Assembly: GCA_964016885.1 (NCBI GenBank)
Contig: OZ024741.1
Span: forward strand, 283,588,001-283,652,000
Length of the DNA: 64,000 nucleotides
Source: Eledone cirrhosa
Taxonomy: Eukaryota
Direction: 5' to 3'
Positions 27,303 through 39,174 of the stretch are shown in pieces. The translations under genes were made by a program, and so were the position numbers. The first letter of the stretch is position 1, and each line of letters begins with the position of its first letter. The notes beneath the pieces were generated by a model, which had not been told where the DNA came from, did not search any database, and was given only the letters and a program-made list of their open reading frames with translations.

Positions 27303-28373
27303 TGTAAGAACCTTTAGTAAGTCATGTTTCAAATATCAACTTGATAATGAGAAAGTTAGTCATTTTATTATTTAAGAAATTATTTGAAAACCATAAGCAG
27401 GGTCTGTCATTAGAAACATAGTAATGAGAGGGTTAAAGAAGATGAATTCAAGCAGAGATATCCATGCCCCACAGGTATAGATGTTAGATTAAAAAGTTAT
27501 TCTTGTAGTCATGTGGTTCTGAGTTCAATCACTTGCCACTACAGCAACAGAGCAACAAGAACAGCAACAACAATAGCAGTAGCAGCAGCAACAACATCAT
27601 CATCGTAATCAACATCAATGTCATCAATAACATTGCATCAACAATAACAGCTAAATTAGAAAACACCCAAGTCTCATTGCTCAACAAGTTGAAGATCACA
27701 AGGTGTTGAAGTATTGGCTGCTTCCTGATATGTTTGTTGTTGAACCTGTAACAATGGAGACTTCTGACATCCTTGATCCCTGTACCACCTTCCTACTTAT
27801 TGGTATCAGGATGGAGTAGATCATCCACACGAGTGGGCATTGACATTTTGAATGGCTATTTCAATACATCTCTTTTGCTATCCTCCAGGGTAATACTATT
27901 TTGTTTGCTGGGACTATAAGGTGGTTGGCAGCTGGTGTTCTGCATACCAGAGAGCCTTCTCCCACACTGTCCAGGCTCATATCATTGAAGTAGAGGTGCT
28001 ATTGGTTACTGATTATTGTTATTCCCAGTGAATAATATAAAAATCTGAGTTCATAGGGGGAAAACAACAAGCTAGACATATATATATATCATCATCATCA
28101 TCATCTACTTTCCCTGCTGGCGAGAGTTGGACCAAGTCATTACTGAAGCAGGGTTGGTGACCTCACAGACAGGCTAGGGGTCTATTATCTCACTTATGTA
28201 TGGTCTCACATTCTAGCGAGTGCAAAAGGGAAGTTGTCATGACTTTGATATAACAAAAGGGTCATCCCAACCCTTTGTTTAGCAAGCTTTCTACAGTTGG
28301 ATACCCTTATTATATATATATACATATATATAAACTTGAATGGAAACTATAATTTGAAAATATACTGTTTTAC

Positions 28374-28567
28374 CTCATGTAGAATATAATTTTTTTCTGC
28401 AGGGTTTTCTACCTCTATCATGTTGGTATCTTTACATTCAGCAGTTGGAATTATGTAAATATTCCTATGACCAAATTGAATGTCATTTATATGTATACTT
28501 TGAAGATACTTTATTTTTATCTTCCCTTTATTTTTTTCTACCATGAGTGAAATTATCAAAAAATCAG
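28374..28567 (-). CDS. Host multi-PLAT protein exon (phase 1->0; DFLIISLMVEKNKG...NYILHE), divergent PLAT-like N-part
   Basis: Acceptor tctttctttgcAG, donor GTaaaa, 194 nt, open frame. Same phase pattern as the clear PLAT exon. Confidence 0.75.
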
Positions 28568-28729
28568 CTGCAAAGAAAGAAGATATGTATGTGTGTATAT
28601 ATATATAGTTGACAGCTGAGAAACAAGAGTATTCAATACCAAAGTAGAGTTTAAATATTCATTTCATTAAGGCTAAATAGTGAGTCATGTTACTCTGGAG
28701 TTTTACCTGTTTATCACAGGGTCACCAGA

Positions 28730-31650
28730 CAAGAACTTCTTTATTTAGCCTGGCAAGCACACCAGCCAAATAGATTTCATCCTCACCAGAAAGTGAGAAA
28801 GAGTGATGGTCACAAACATAGAGTCCCTCCCAGGTGAGGAATGGACCTCTCAACATGACCTAGTCATCAGTGACTTGCTAATTAGAGATAGAAAAAATAG
28901 CAACATACAATATAGAGGACCACTGGGAGTTTCTGACAGACAATTTATTGAAGGCTACAAATTAGGTATGTGACTGAAGCAGAGGTCTGGGAAGTAAGAG
29001 AGTGACTTGGTGGTGGAATAGTAGAGTGGACTATTAAAGCCAAGAGACAGAAATGGAAGGAATGGCAAAATGAAGGTAACAGACAGCTTTACCAAGTGGC
29101 CAGGAGAGATGCAAGGCAACAAGTATACTTTGTAAGGAAGGAAGGGGAAAGTAAAATGTTTATGTATGTGAGGACTAAAGACACAAGGTGTTTAGGATCA
29201 CAAGGCCATGTGTCAGGGAAAATACTGATGCTGTGGGGGAGAAGTGTGTTTGAGATGACAATGGTGCACTTACCCTCACTGATGCCAAAAAGAAGGCAGC
29301 ATGGCAGTGTAATTGTTAGAGACTGATGAATGTGGACAATATGTGGGTGGAAGATAGCTTGCCCTAAGTGAACCTAACAGAGGAGCCAGCTGTACAAGTC
29401 AGCAACAGTGTAGTAAGTAAGACAATTAAGGACATGAAAACAAGCAAAGCAGCATGGCCATTGGGAATAGTTGCTGAGATGCTGAAAGCATTTGGGATGG
29501 TAGGACACACCATAATCACCCATATTGTAAACAAAGTAATTGAAAGTGGTGCCATACCCAATGACTGATGTAACAGCATCATGTAAAACCTACATTCTTA
29601 GCTAACCTACGTGAGATTCCACTACATCTCTTGTATACCCATAGCTTGCATTTGGGACAGAGGATATAATTTATACACACCCTATTCCTACACACTGAGC
29701 AGGACCATTTCCCCGAGGGGGTTTGGGCCTTGATATCCTTTCTACTTACAAGGACTTTAAGAACTTTTGATACTAGGTCAGGAATTGCTTCCAGGCCAGG
29801 AATTGTTTCTCTACTTCTGCCATAGATTCTACTATAAGAGTTAGACCATCAGCATATAGGAGTTCCCAAGGGCATCCTCTTTTAAACTATTCTGTTATAA
29901 CCTGGAGGACAATAATAAACAGGAAAGGTTAAGGATGGAGCATTGGTGGACCCCAACTTGCACACTAAACTCCTCGCTATTGTCATAATTAATTTTAATC
30001 TTGCTGACAGATCCTAGGTACATTGTTTGTACTGCCCTCAACAGTCACTCTTCTACTCGTAGTTTCCTAAGTGCCTACCAGATTACACAGAATGGGGAAC
30101 TCTGTCAAAACCTTTCTCTAGTTTGACAAATGCTAAGTAGAGGGGTTTGCTTTTAACTAGGTACTTTTCCTACAGTTACCTCACTAGAAAGAGGGCATAT
30201 GAGGTACTTTTTCCCAACACAAATACAAACTACATCTTATCTAGGTTAATTCAATCCCTAATCAGTTGTACAATGACTCTTTTTGTAACTTTCATGACCT
30301 GGTCCATCAGTTTGATGGCACAGTAGTTCCCTCTGTCTAACGCATCACTTTTGCCCTTGTAGCAGTTGATGATGATGTTGCTACACCAGTAATTGTGTAT
30401 GGTACTATTTTGTATTACTTGGTTTACAATATGGGTGGTTATGGTGTGTCCTACCATCTCAGATGCTTTCAGGCTAGGAAAGAAAGTAGGTTTTATATGT
30501 GGTCGATGCATAGGAACAGTAAGTAACAAACATTCACAGGTGTCATAATTAATTTTAATCTTGCTATCAAATTCTTGGAAGGTTCTGTAGAAGCAGTTGA
30601 CAGTTTGTGTTACCTGGGTGACCAAATTAGCAGTGAAGGTGAGTTTGCCAAAAGTAGAGTTGCTAGAGTGAGAATGAGATGGAAAAAGTTCAGGGAGCTA
30701 CAACCAATGCTAGCTACAAAAGGTTTTTCCATCAAAATGAAGAGTAGATTGTTTGATGTGTGTATACAAACAGCAATGTTACCTGGGCACTATGTGCAGA
30801 GGATCTGCAAAGATTGGATAGAAAAGAAACTGGCATGCTTCAATGTATATGAAATAGTAATATACATGAACGGCAAAGCATAAATGAACTGAGAGAGAAA
30901 CTGTGCATAAGAGGAATCAGATGAAATGTGCAGGAAAGGAGTCTGCATTGGTATCAACATGTCATGCACACGAAGGATGATAACTGTATAAACATTTGCA
31001 GGGTATTCAAAGTTTGTGGAAGCTATGAAATAAGAAGACCTAGGAAGACTTGGGATAAAGTGATAAAAGCTGACATTACACAATTACACCTCTCAAGGGT
31101 GATGAGACAGGAGTGGGATCTCTGGTGTTATGCAGTAGTAATACAGAGGACCCACATTCCCATGAGCACGAGTTGAAGTATACATCTAGTATGCACCACT
31201 TTCCCATCGCGCTTTGATACACCTCCCATGTCCTAACACTCCTCTCTTAATCCACATCTCTACACCCCCACTCTTCACCAGATAAGTGCCCCACCCTAGA
31301 TCTAGCTCACCAATCCCCATGTACCTCCCCTACAGTCCACACTGCAAAGTAGTCATTTTGGTGCCACAACAAAAAGCGATTGGTCCACACTGCAAAGTGG
31401 TCATGTTGATGACATGACAAAAAGTGCCCAATCCACACTGTAAAGTGGTCATGTAGGTGACATGATAAAAAGCACCCAGTCCACTCTGTAAATGTGGTTG
31501 GTATTAGGAAGGGCACCGAGCCCTAGAAACCAAGACAAAATCAGTTCTGTATCAGCAAGACACAGTCACCTGATCTGGCTTGTCACAATGGGACAACTCA
31601 TCTAACCCATACTAGCATGGAAAAATGGATGGTAAATGGTGATAATGATG
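28730..31650. mobile_element. Rearranged decayed RTE fragments (+ 28730-29580, - 29680-30470, + 30475-31650)
   Basis: ORFs 29368-29568, 30251-30625, 30575-30883 and 30928-31176 match RTE RT segments in both orientations. Confidence 0.8.
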
Positions 31651-32384
31651 ATATACATATAACTTTGATAGGGGCTAGTATTGGCCCAAACCATGTCTAA
31701 CTTAATAGCATCACCTGGCTGGTTTACAGAAGAGAAACCCTATAATTGATGTTGATTATTCTTTATTCATTTTTAATTCTAACCCCTTAACTCACACACA
31801 CTTCCTATTCACACCTCTATCTTCACATAAAAACACAAAACGTTTACTGTTTTATACAAGTTTTATCTAGCTTGTTTGTTCCAATTATTTCTACCTTTCA
31901 GCTCCCTATAGTTCACTCCTCTTACCTCAAGTCTAAGTTCCACCTCCTCCTCACTTATGTAACATTGCCTGGGACTACATTCAACTATGACTACATAACC
32001 CACAATACACACACAACATCATCACCATCGTTTTTACGTCTGTTTTTCCATGCTGATATAAATATACATATATATATATATGTAAAAGGAAAACAGAAAT
32101 AACAACACAATCGGTACAGTATATGGAAGGAACATATTAGGTTAATGCTTGAAATAGCAGGAAGAGGGTCTTAACATATATATATATATGGAAAAATGGA
32201 CGTTAAACGTGATGATGATGATGATATATATATATATAAATATAAGGGTATTAACTCTAGCATAGTTTTGTATAAGAAATATGTGAAGTTGTATATCTGG
32301 TGACATACGGTATGTTTATAAATAAACATTTTGAAAGCCTTCCACTATGAATTTGAAAACTCACAACAGAAGCTAAGTACGGCA

Positions 32385-32435
32385 ACCAGTGATGATGACG
32401 TAATTATTTCTGACTTTGGTCGTTATCAAACTGGT
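32385..32435 (-). ncRNA. Hammerhead motif, U3-A8 core
   Basis: accagt-TTGATAA-c gac caaa gtc a-GAAA-taattacgtcatca-TC-actggt. Confidence 0.7.
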
Positions 32436-32759
32436 ACTGCCGACTGCTTACTGTTGGAACATAATATAAGCCAAAACATATAGTTTAGAAGCCTATTTAC
32501 ATTGGCTGATTAGCCAAATTTGCATATAGAGTTATGGCTGGCTCAGCCGGAGATAAAATAAGGGCATTAACTCTAACATAGTTTTGTGTATGAAATACGT
32601 GAAGTTGTATATCTAGCGACAAACGGCATGTTTATAAATAAACATTTTGAAAGCCTTCTGCTGTGAATTTGAAAACTGACAGCATAGCGCCTTCTAGTAC
32701 GGACAACCAGTGATGATGACATCATTATTTTTGACTTTGTTCGTTGAGAGAGAGAGAGA

Positions 32760-33236
32760 GCATAATAGCTAAAATAAGGATAGGAAGGAAGAAGTTTAGA
32801 GAGCTACTCCCACTGTTGACACCAAAAGGTTTCTCCCTACACACAAAAGGATGACTGTATGATGCCTGTGTGTGAAGTTCGGTGATGCATGGGAGCGAAA
32901 TATGGGCAGTGACTGCAGAGGATAAGCATAGGCAGGAGAAAAATGAAGCAATCATGCTGCGTTGGATGTGTAATGTAAATATGAGAGAAGACTGTGTTGG
33001 TATAGACAGGTGATGCACATGAATGATGATCGATGGGTGAAGATGTGCCAGGAATTTCCAGTGGTAGGAAACTGCTGTAAAGGTAGATGAAGTAAGATCT
33101 GGTTAGAGGTGGTGTGAGCTGATCTCAAATTGCTGAGACTAACAGAGGAGATTACAAAGGAAGGTAGTGTGTGGAGAGATGTTGTGCTGAAAAGGAGCCA
33201 TCCAACCTTGGAAAAAGAGCATAAAAATATGATGAT
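32760..33236 (+). mobile_element. Decayed RTE 3' fragment
   Basis: Similar to the family B 3' end. Confidence 0.75.
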
Positions 33237-33368
33237 GTTATATATATATATAAATAAATATTTTGTATCTCCGAAGAAATAGAATTTTAGGAAGCCGTAG
33301 CTATGCAAACACTGGGGGGGGGGGAGCTAACGCCCTTTGGTGATGTCCAGCAGAAGCAAGAGGGGACA

Positions 33369-33412
33369 ACCGTCTATACATTTCAGGCTTAACTGGCCTT
33401 TGTCAGGACGGT
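33369..33412 (-). ncRNA. Hammerhead motif, C3/A8 mismatch core (probably decayed)
   Basis: accgtc-CTGACAA-aggc cagttaa gcct-GAAA-tgta-TA-gacggt. Confidence 0.7.
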
Positions 33413-33674
33413 CCCTCCCACCGCTTTCGACTGCTGGACTAGAAGACAGCTGAGAATATATACTTTTCTCGTCTGTGTAAATGAGGTGATTAATCTCATT
33501 TGCATATGAAGCTGCATAAGTTGGCTCAACTTATAATAAAAAAGAAATAGGGTTTCGCTTCAAGCATAGCTTTATACCGGACACTGCCCACAACAAGACA
33601 ACCCGTCTAACCCATGCTAGCGTGGAAGAACGGACGTAAAACGGTGGGTGATGATGATGGTCATGATGATATAG

Positions 33675-33708
<34 letters not shown>

Positions 33709-33712
33709 TAAT

Positions 33713-33820
33713 ATTCGAATTGGAATCACCATGCTAAATGTTAAGAGAGGCAACAAGGGAGGCATACTAGCTTCCTTGTTGCCTCTCTTCACATTCAGCA
33801 TGATGGTTCCAATTCAGATA
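33713..33820. repeat. Short hairpin or inverted repeat with ~50-bp arms
   Basis: gaattggaatcaccatgct..gaggcaacaaggga / ttccttgttgcctc..agcatgatggttccaattc. Confidence 0.75.
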
Positions 33821-33930
33821 AGATAATCTTTTTCCTTTTCCTTCCTTTATTATTTAAATATTGGCATATCATTACCATTTCAATGTTTAAATTTCATATT
33901 TATTACTATTTCATATTATTATGTTTATCT

Positions 33931-34117
33931 GGCAGTGGATTGGCATTATCAGTAGAGGGTCGGATGCCATGCTTTGCAGCAAGGAGTTACGGCCCTTTAT
34001 GATCTGAGTTCAAATCCCGCCGAGGTTAACTTTGCCTTTCAGCCTTACAGGGTCGATAAAATAAAGTACCAGTAATGCACTGGGATAATTGCTGGCCTTG
34101 TGCCAAAAGTAGAAACA
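33931..34117 (+). mobile_element. tRNA-derived SINE with a Nin/Deu-type central domain
   Basis: A box tggcattatcagtaga, B box gagttcaaatccc, ctttgcctttca.cctt..gggtcgataaaataaagtaccag, and a 16-bp TSD attattatgtttatct. Confidence 0.88.
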
Positions 34118-34340
34118 ATTATTATGTTTATCTCCATATTATTATTATTCCGATGTTTAATAGCCGAATTAGCTTGCTCTAACTTCTTGCTATAGCGTCT
34201 CCACACTCCTCTCCCTTGCCTACTGGCTCACTTTTTGGCTGACATGGCCTTGCACCCCTCTCCTTTCCACCATCTACCTGCCTGTTGCTTCTCTCTTCCT
34301 ACATCAACAGTGCTGACCCCCACCCCCATGAGAAAATTAA

Positions 34341-34561
34341 CCCTTTAGCATTTACATTACTCTATATTTACTATTATATTTTCGTAGTAAAAGCTTTACC
34401 TCACAAAATTATCTCATATAATATCGAATCTATGAGATTTTGATATTATTTATTTTTAGAACAATACCTTCACATCAGTATGAGTGGCCAGTTATGGCCG
34501 GTTTGAACAGAAAGAGATGGGAGAATTCTGGCCGGATATGGCCAGTTTAAATGCTAAAGGG
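34341..34561. mobile_element. piggyBac-like MITE
   Basis: TTAA flanks and TIR CCCTTTAGCATTTA / TAAATGCTAAAGGG. Confidence 0.85.
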
Positions 34562-34649
34562 TTAAGGTTATGATCCACAGGGCAGATGCTGAGTATTGTG
34601 AGCTAGTGTTACAGCAGGCCATATAAGATGGTAGAAATCCCAAATTACA

Positions 34650-35271
34650 AATGATTTCATGCAGAAAGCCTGAAGCTTGTCCCCTTCAACAGCAATGCAA
34701 AACACCTGCTGTAGTTTATGAAGCTGTGGTCACTTCCAACCGACCAAATCAACCACAGGAGGTCAAATCCTATGTGGGTATGGCGGAGGCCCAATTTAAA
34801 GAATGCTTCCTGAACCATCAGTCGACTCAAGTATAGACTACTCTATTCAATGGAAAGCCATCACTAAGTCCAAGCCATATGCGAGGGGCAATCCATCTTG
34901 TGGACTGTGTATTGATGAACGGATAAATATTCTTAAGGAGATTACGCAATAGCGGTTGCCTAAACTCAAGAAATGAAATCTTCACACGTTGTCCATGTGT
35001 CTGGAAACACCTCTTATATAACTACAAAACTCTGGATTGAATAACAACATTCTAATTGTCTTAACTCGAACTACTCTTCGGACTCTCGCAGTTATCTCCC
35101 TTACACCTTTCACCCGTGGCATTGTATCGCTTGGGTGAAGTGACTGTTTCTGCGCATGCGTGTTCATGCAGTTATTCTTCCTATTCCGTATAACCATGAT
35201 CAGTCTGAGCTGAAGATCCGCTAAGGTGAAATAATTGTTCTCGGTATGGTGAACTAACTGTTGTATTACCA

Positions 35272-35273
<2 letters not shown>
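34650..35273 (+). mobile_element. Decayed Penelope-like 3' end: GIY-YIG fragment plus pLTR with a hammerhead
   Basis: SCRKPEACPL..VVYEA..YVG..FKE..NH; hammerhead motif at 35205-35244; ends in (TA)n. Confidence 0.75.
35205..35244 (+). ncRNA. Hammerhead motif in a PLE pLTR
   Basis: ctgag-CTGAAGA-tccgctaaggt-GAAA-taattg-TT-ctcgg, downstream of the GIY-YIG fragment. Confidence 0.6.
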
Positions 35274-35324
<51 letters not shown>

Positions 35325-35327
35325 ATA

Positions 35328-36096
35328 TCATCCTTCATGCACATAACATGGCCATATATTACATCAATATGCCCCACACCCTCCCACTGCAAAGTGGTCA
35401 TGGGGGTGCCACGGCAAAAAAGCACCCAGCCCACACTGTAAAGCGGACGTGTAGACGCCACGGAAAAAAGCACCCAGCACTCACTGCAAATGAGGTTGGT
35501 GTTAGGAAGGGCATCCAGCTGTAGAAATCAAGCCAAAATCAGTTCCTGTATGAGCAAGGCATGGTCAGCCAAGCAGACACTGCCCACAACAGGACAACCC
35601 ATCTAACCCATGCTAGCATGGAAGAACGGACGTAAAACGGTGATGATGATGTATACACACATGCAAAATTATATATATATATATATATATATAATTTATA
35701 TATATATCATCATCATCATCATATATATATCTATATATATATATATATATATAATTTTGCATGTGTGTATACATCATCATCACCGTTTTACGTCCGTTCT
35801 TCCATGCTAGCATGGGTTAGATGGGTTGTCCTGTTGTGGGCAGTGTCTGGTCGGCTGACCATGCCTTGCTCATACAGGAACTGATTTTGGCTTGATTTCT
35901 ACAGCTGGATGCCCTTCCTAACACCAACCTCATTTGCAGTGAGTGCTGGGTGCTTTTTTCCGTGGCGTCTACACGTCCACTTTACAGTGTGGGCTGGGTG
36001 CTTTTTTGCCATGGCACCCCCATGACCACTTTGCAGTGGGAGGGTGTGGGGGCATATTGATGTAATATATGGCCATGTTATGTGCATGAAGGATGA
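35328..36096. repeat. Fold-back inverted duplication, arms of about 360 bp
   Basis: An RTE fragment, RTE-tailed repeat and flank are mirrored around a TA/CAT centre at ~35710. Confidence 0.9.
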
Positions 36097-36639
36097 CAGT
36101 AGTATAAAAAGGGGCAGAGTACTCAAAGTTGATGTGAGCTATAGAGCAGGAAGAATATTTTTACTTTGATAGCAAAGCTACCTTATAGTATATGTTTTCA
36201 TATGTACCCCAGTTATGCTTAAATGCTGTCTTAGTGATACTGCCAACATACACATATATATATATCATCATCATCATCGTTTAGCATCTATCTTCTACGC
36301 TAGCATGGATTAGACAGGTTTGTCCCATTTTGAGGCAAGTTGGGTCGAATGACCATGTCTCACCATACAGGTGTGTTTCTGGCTGGTTTTCTATGGCTGG
36401 ATGCTCTTCCTAATGCCAACCCCATTTACAGTGTGTGCTGGGTGCTTTTTGCTGTGTCTCCTATATGACCACTTTACAGTGTGGACCGGGTGCTTTGAGG
36501 TACCAACATAACTTTGCAGAGTAACAGTGGTGAGGGAGGTGTAGGATATACATGTATGTGTGTGTGTGTGTAGAAATATCTGTAGGTGTGAAAAAGGAAA
36601 AAAGAAAACAGTGTTTAATCTTATCCTTAATAATATAAA

Positions 36640-37307
36640 TGAATACCAGGAGGTCAAATCTAACACCTATAACAAGATTAATGATGAGGCCAAAGATATT
36701 GCCCCCAAATTTTAAAATAGCCAATAGAGTAGAATGCTTAGCTGAATGTGATGCCTTCATTACCCTGAAGGATCACAAACCTGATTTCAAAAACAGGTCT
36801 ACCTGTAAATTAATAAATCCTGCAAGGTCAGAGTTAGGACTAGCTAGTAAAAAAATGTTAAAGGACATCAACACTTTATTATTAAAAACAACAATCTCTT
36901 ACTGTCATATACTGATTCATTGAAATCCCCTTTAAGAACAGGACCAAATACACAGTTTGATATTATAGATTTTTATCCTTCTATTTCTAGGACCCTTCTT
37001 AATAATGCTTCAGACAATGCTCGTTCTTTTATGTACATCAGCGACATGGAATATCACCTTATATTCCATGCCCATAGAACCCTCCTTTTTAGTAACGGTA
37101 CTACTTGGGTAAAAAATCTGACCCGGATGATTCTTTTCATATCCAATAACAGTGCTAATATTTGTAATCTTATCAGCTTATACATTCTTCATACATTAAA
37201 GTCTAAATTTCCCAACCACTCCATGATGATGGTCTTTCATTTTCACATGATTGTAACAGTCAGACTAGACAGATTCCGTAAAAATTTAGTTGACATTTTT
37301 CATGCAC
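36640..37307 (+). mobile_element. Decayed Penelope-like RT fragment (same type as 52313-54352)
   Basis: AFITLKDHKPDF..CKLINPARSEL and QFDIIDFYPSIS. Confidence 0.8.
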
Positions 37308-37493
37308 TAGGTAGAGGTAGACCACGAAAAACATGGGCGGAGGTGGTGAGAACAGACCTCAGATCATTGAAACTCATGGTGGAGATGACGAGGGACCGTG
37401 ATGAGTGGAGAGACGCTGTGCTGAATAAGACCCGTCCCACCCTTGCAAGCAGGGAAAAGCGGACGTAAAATGATGATGATGATGATGATGATG
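37308..37493 (+). mobile_element. RTE family B extreme 3' fragment
   Basis: GRGRPRKTWAEVVRTDL..., (TGA)n tail. Confidence 0.85.
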
Positions 37494-38125
37494 ATATGAG
37501 CTTCCATGCCATTTCTGTTCCAAATTTCACTCATACTGGTTATGCTGTTTTTGTGTTGACATTGGCCAACATGAGGCGATAGCAGAAGAAGCTTTTCAAA
37601 AGGTGATAAACAGTGGGTCTGAACCCCAAACCATGTGGTTAAGAACCAAACTTCTTAACCACACAACCATGTCTGCTTAATGTATAGAAATTAATTCTCA
37701 TTATCATCACTGTTTAACTTCTATTTTCCATGCTTGCATAGATGGCTGTCATGTTCTGAGTTTAGGCTGGTCAGGTATCATATCTTGCCTGTATCCGTTT
37801 TTGGCATGGTTTCTTGGTTGGATGCCTTTTCTAGTACCAACCACTTTGCAGCATATACTATGATCATTTTTCATGACATCAATACAACTACATCAGAGGG
37901 TAGACTGGGTGCTTTTTATTGTGGCACCAGCACTACCACCTTGCAGGGTGGACTGGGTGGTTGTAATGTGGCACCATTGCTACCAAGTTACAGGGTAGAC
38001 TGGTGCTTTTTATCATGGTACCAGCATTACCTCATTATAACATTACCGTGCTTGGAGTATCAGGCTGAGATGGCATTGAAAGAAGGGAGCAGGGAGCAGG
38101 GTAAAAAGAATATGTTTGAAAATAC

Positions 38126-38216
38126 CTGAAAAAGTATTGCTTGAACATGTTATATAGTGTGACTTCTTCGTGATCAGTTTAGCGTTATTCATTTGATGGA
38201 TGAAATACATAGTAAC
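38126..38216 (-). CDS. Host multi-PLAT protein, first exon visible in window (phase 0->1; VTMYFIHQMNNAKLITKKSHYITCSSNTFS)
   Basis: Acceptor ttttgcAG, donor GTatt, 91 nt. Same size and phase as the other short module exons, and joins in frame to exon 28374-28567. Confidence 0.7.
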
Positions 38217-38385
38217 CTGCAAAATAAATTGAACAAACACTTACATACATACTGACACACACACACACATCTCTCCAAGATGGCCAAATGAATACGCACA
38301 TGTGTTTTTTCTCCTCCATTGTTTCTCATTTTTTACTTCCTCTTATCACTCTTTATCTTCTACTTATCTTCTATTTCTAACTCTA

Positions 38386-38421
38386 TCTTCTGATGAAGGA
38401 CTAGTGTCCGAAATGTTAAGA
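38386..38421 (+). ncRNA. Hammerhead motif (related degenerate copy at ~6166-6200)
   Basis: tctt-CTGATGA-a gga ctagtg tcc-GAAA-tgtt-aaga. The 6166 copy reads CTAATGA..GAAACGTTAAGA. Confidence 0.6.
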
Positions 38422-38706
38422 ATCTCTTCCTGCTATTTCAAGTGTTAAACTAATATATATCTTCCATGTACTGTACCATTTATTTTATTATTTCTGTTTA
38501 CATTTATCCCCCTACCCCGATATATATATATATAAATATATATTGTTATACTTTGGGAGGGTCATGTTGCCAATAAGAAACACATGCACCAGTTGCTTTC
38601 ACTCCAATTTATTATAAATTAAATTTATAAATTTAAGAAATTTGTAAATTTCCGGTAATATTTGTGTATTTGTGAGTGAATAATAATATTATAATATAAC
38701 ATTATT

Positions 38707-38863
38707 AGTGGATTGGCAGTATCGGTAGAGGATCGGATGCCATGCTTTCCAGCATAGTTACGCCCCTTTATGATCTGAGTTCAAATCCCGCCGAGGTTGA
38801 CTTTGCCTTTCATCCTTACGGGCTCGATAAAATAAAGTACCAGTGCCTAAAGTAGAAACAATT
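38707..38863 (+). mobile_element. Nin-domain SINE copy
   Basis: Matches 33931-34117 with an internal deletion. Confidence 0.85.
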
Positions 38864-38967
38864 ATTAATATTCAGTTTGTTTACAAATAAACAGCCTCAT
38901 AAAACACCACATGGTAGATGACAACATCATCCTTTTGTTCCAGCAGTCGCTGAGAGAAAATAATCAG

Positions 38968-39018
38968 CAATTGACAATTGTTAATTGTTTCGGAGTGTCT
39001 TGTTCCTTGTCAAGATTG
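38968..39018 (-). ncRNA. Hammerhead motif, U3-A8 core
   Basis: caatc-TTGACAA-gga acaagacac tcc-GAAA-caatt aac aattg-TC-aattg. Confidence 0.65.
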
Positions 39019-39174
39019 TGTATTTTCTTGTCTTTACTACTTGCTGGAACTGCTGAGAATACATAATTTTCTCAAGTGTATACATTGGCTGATTAACCTC
39101 ATTTGCATACTGAATGATTTTACGGCCAGCTTTGCCGAAAATTTAAAAACAAAATTTGTTTTCACTCTTATATA

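Noticed and set aside
33931-34025. tRNA gene
   Set aside because: A and B boxes are present, but there is no cloverleaf and it continues into a SINE body with a TSD.
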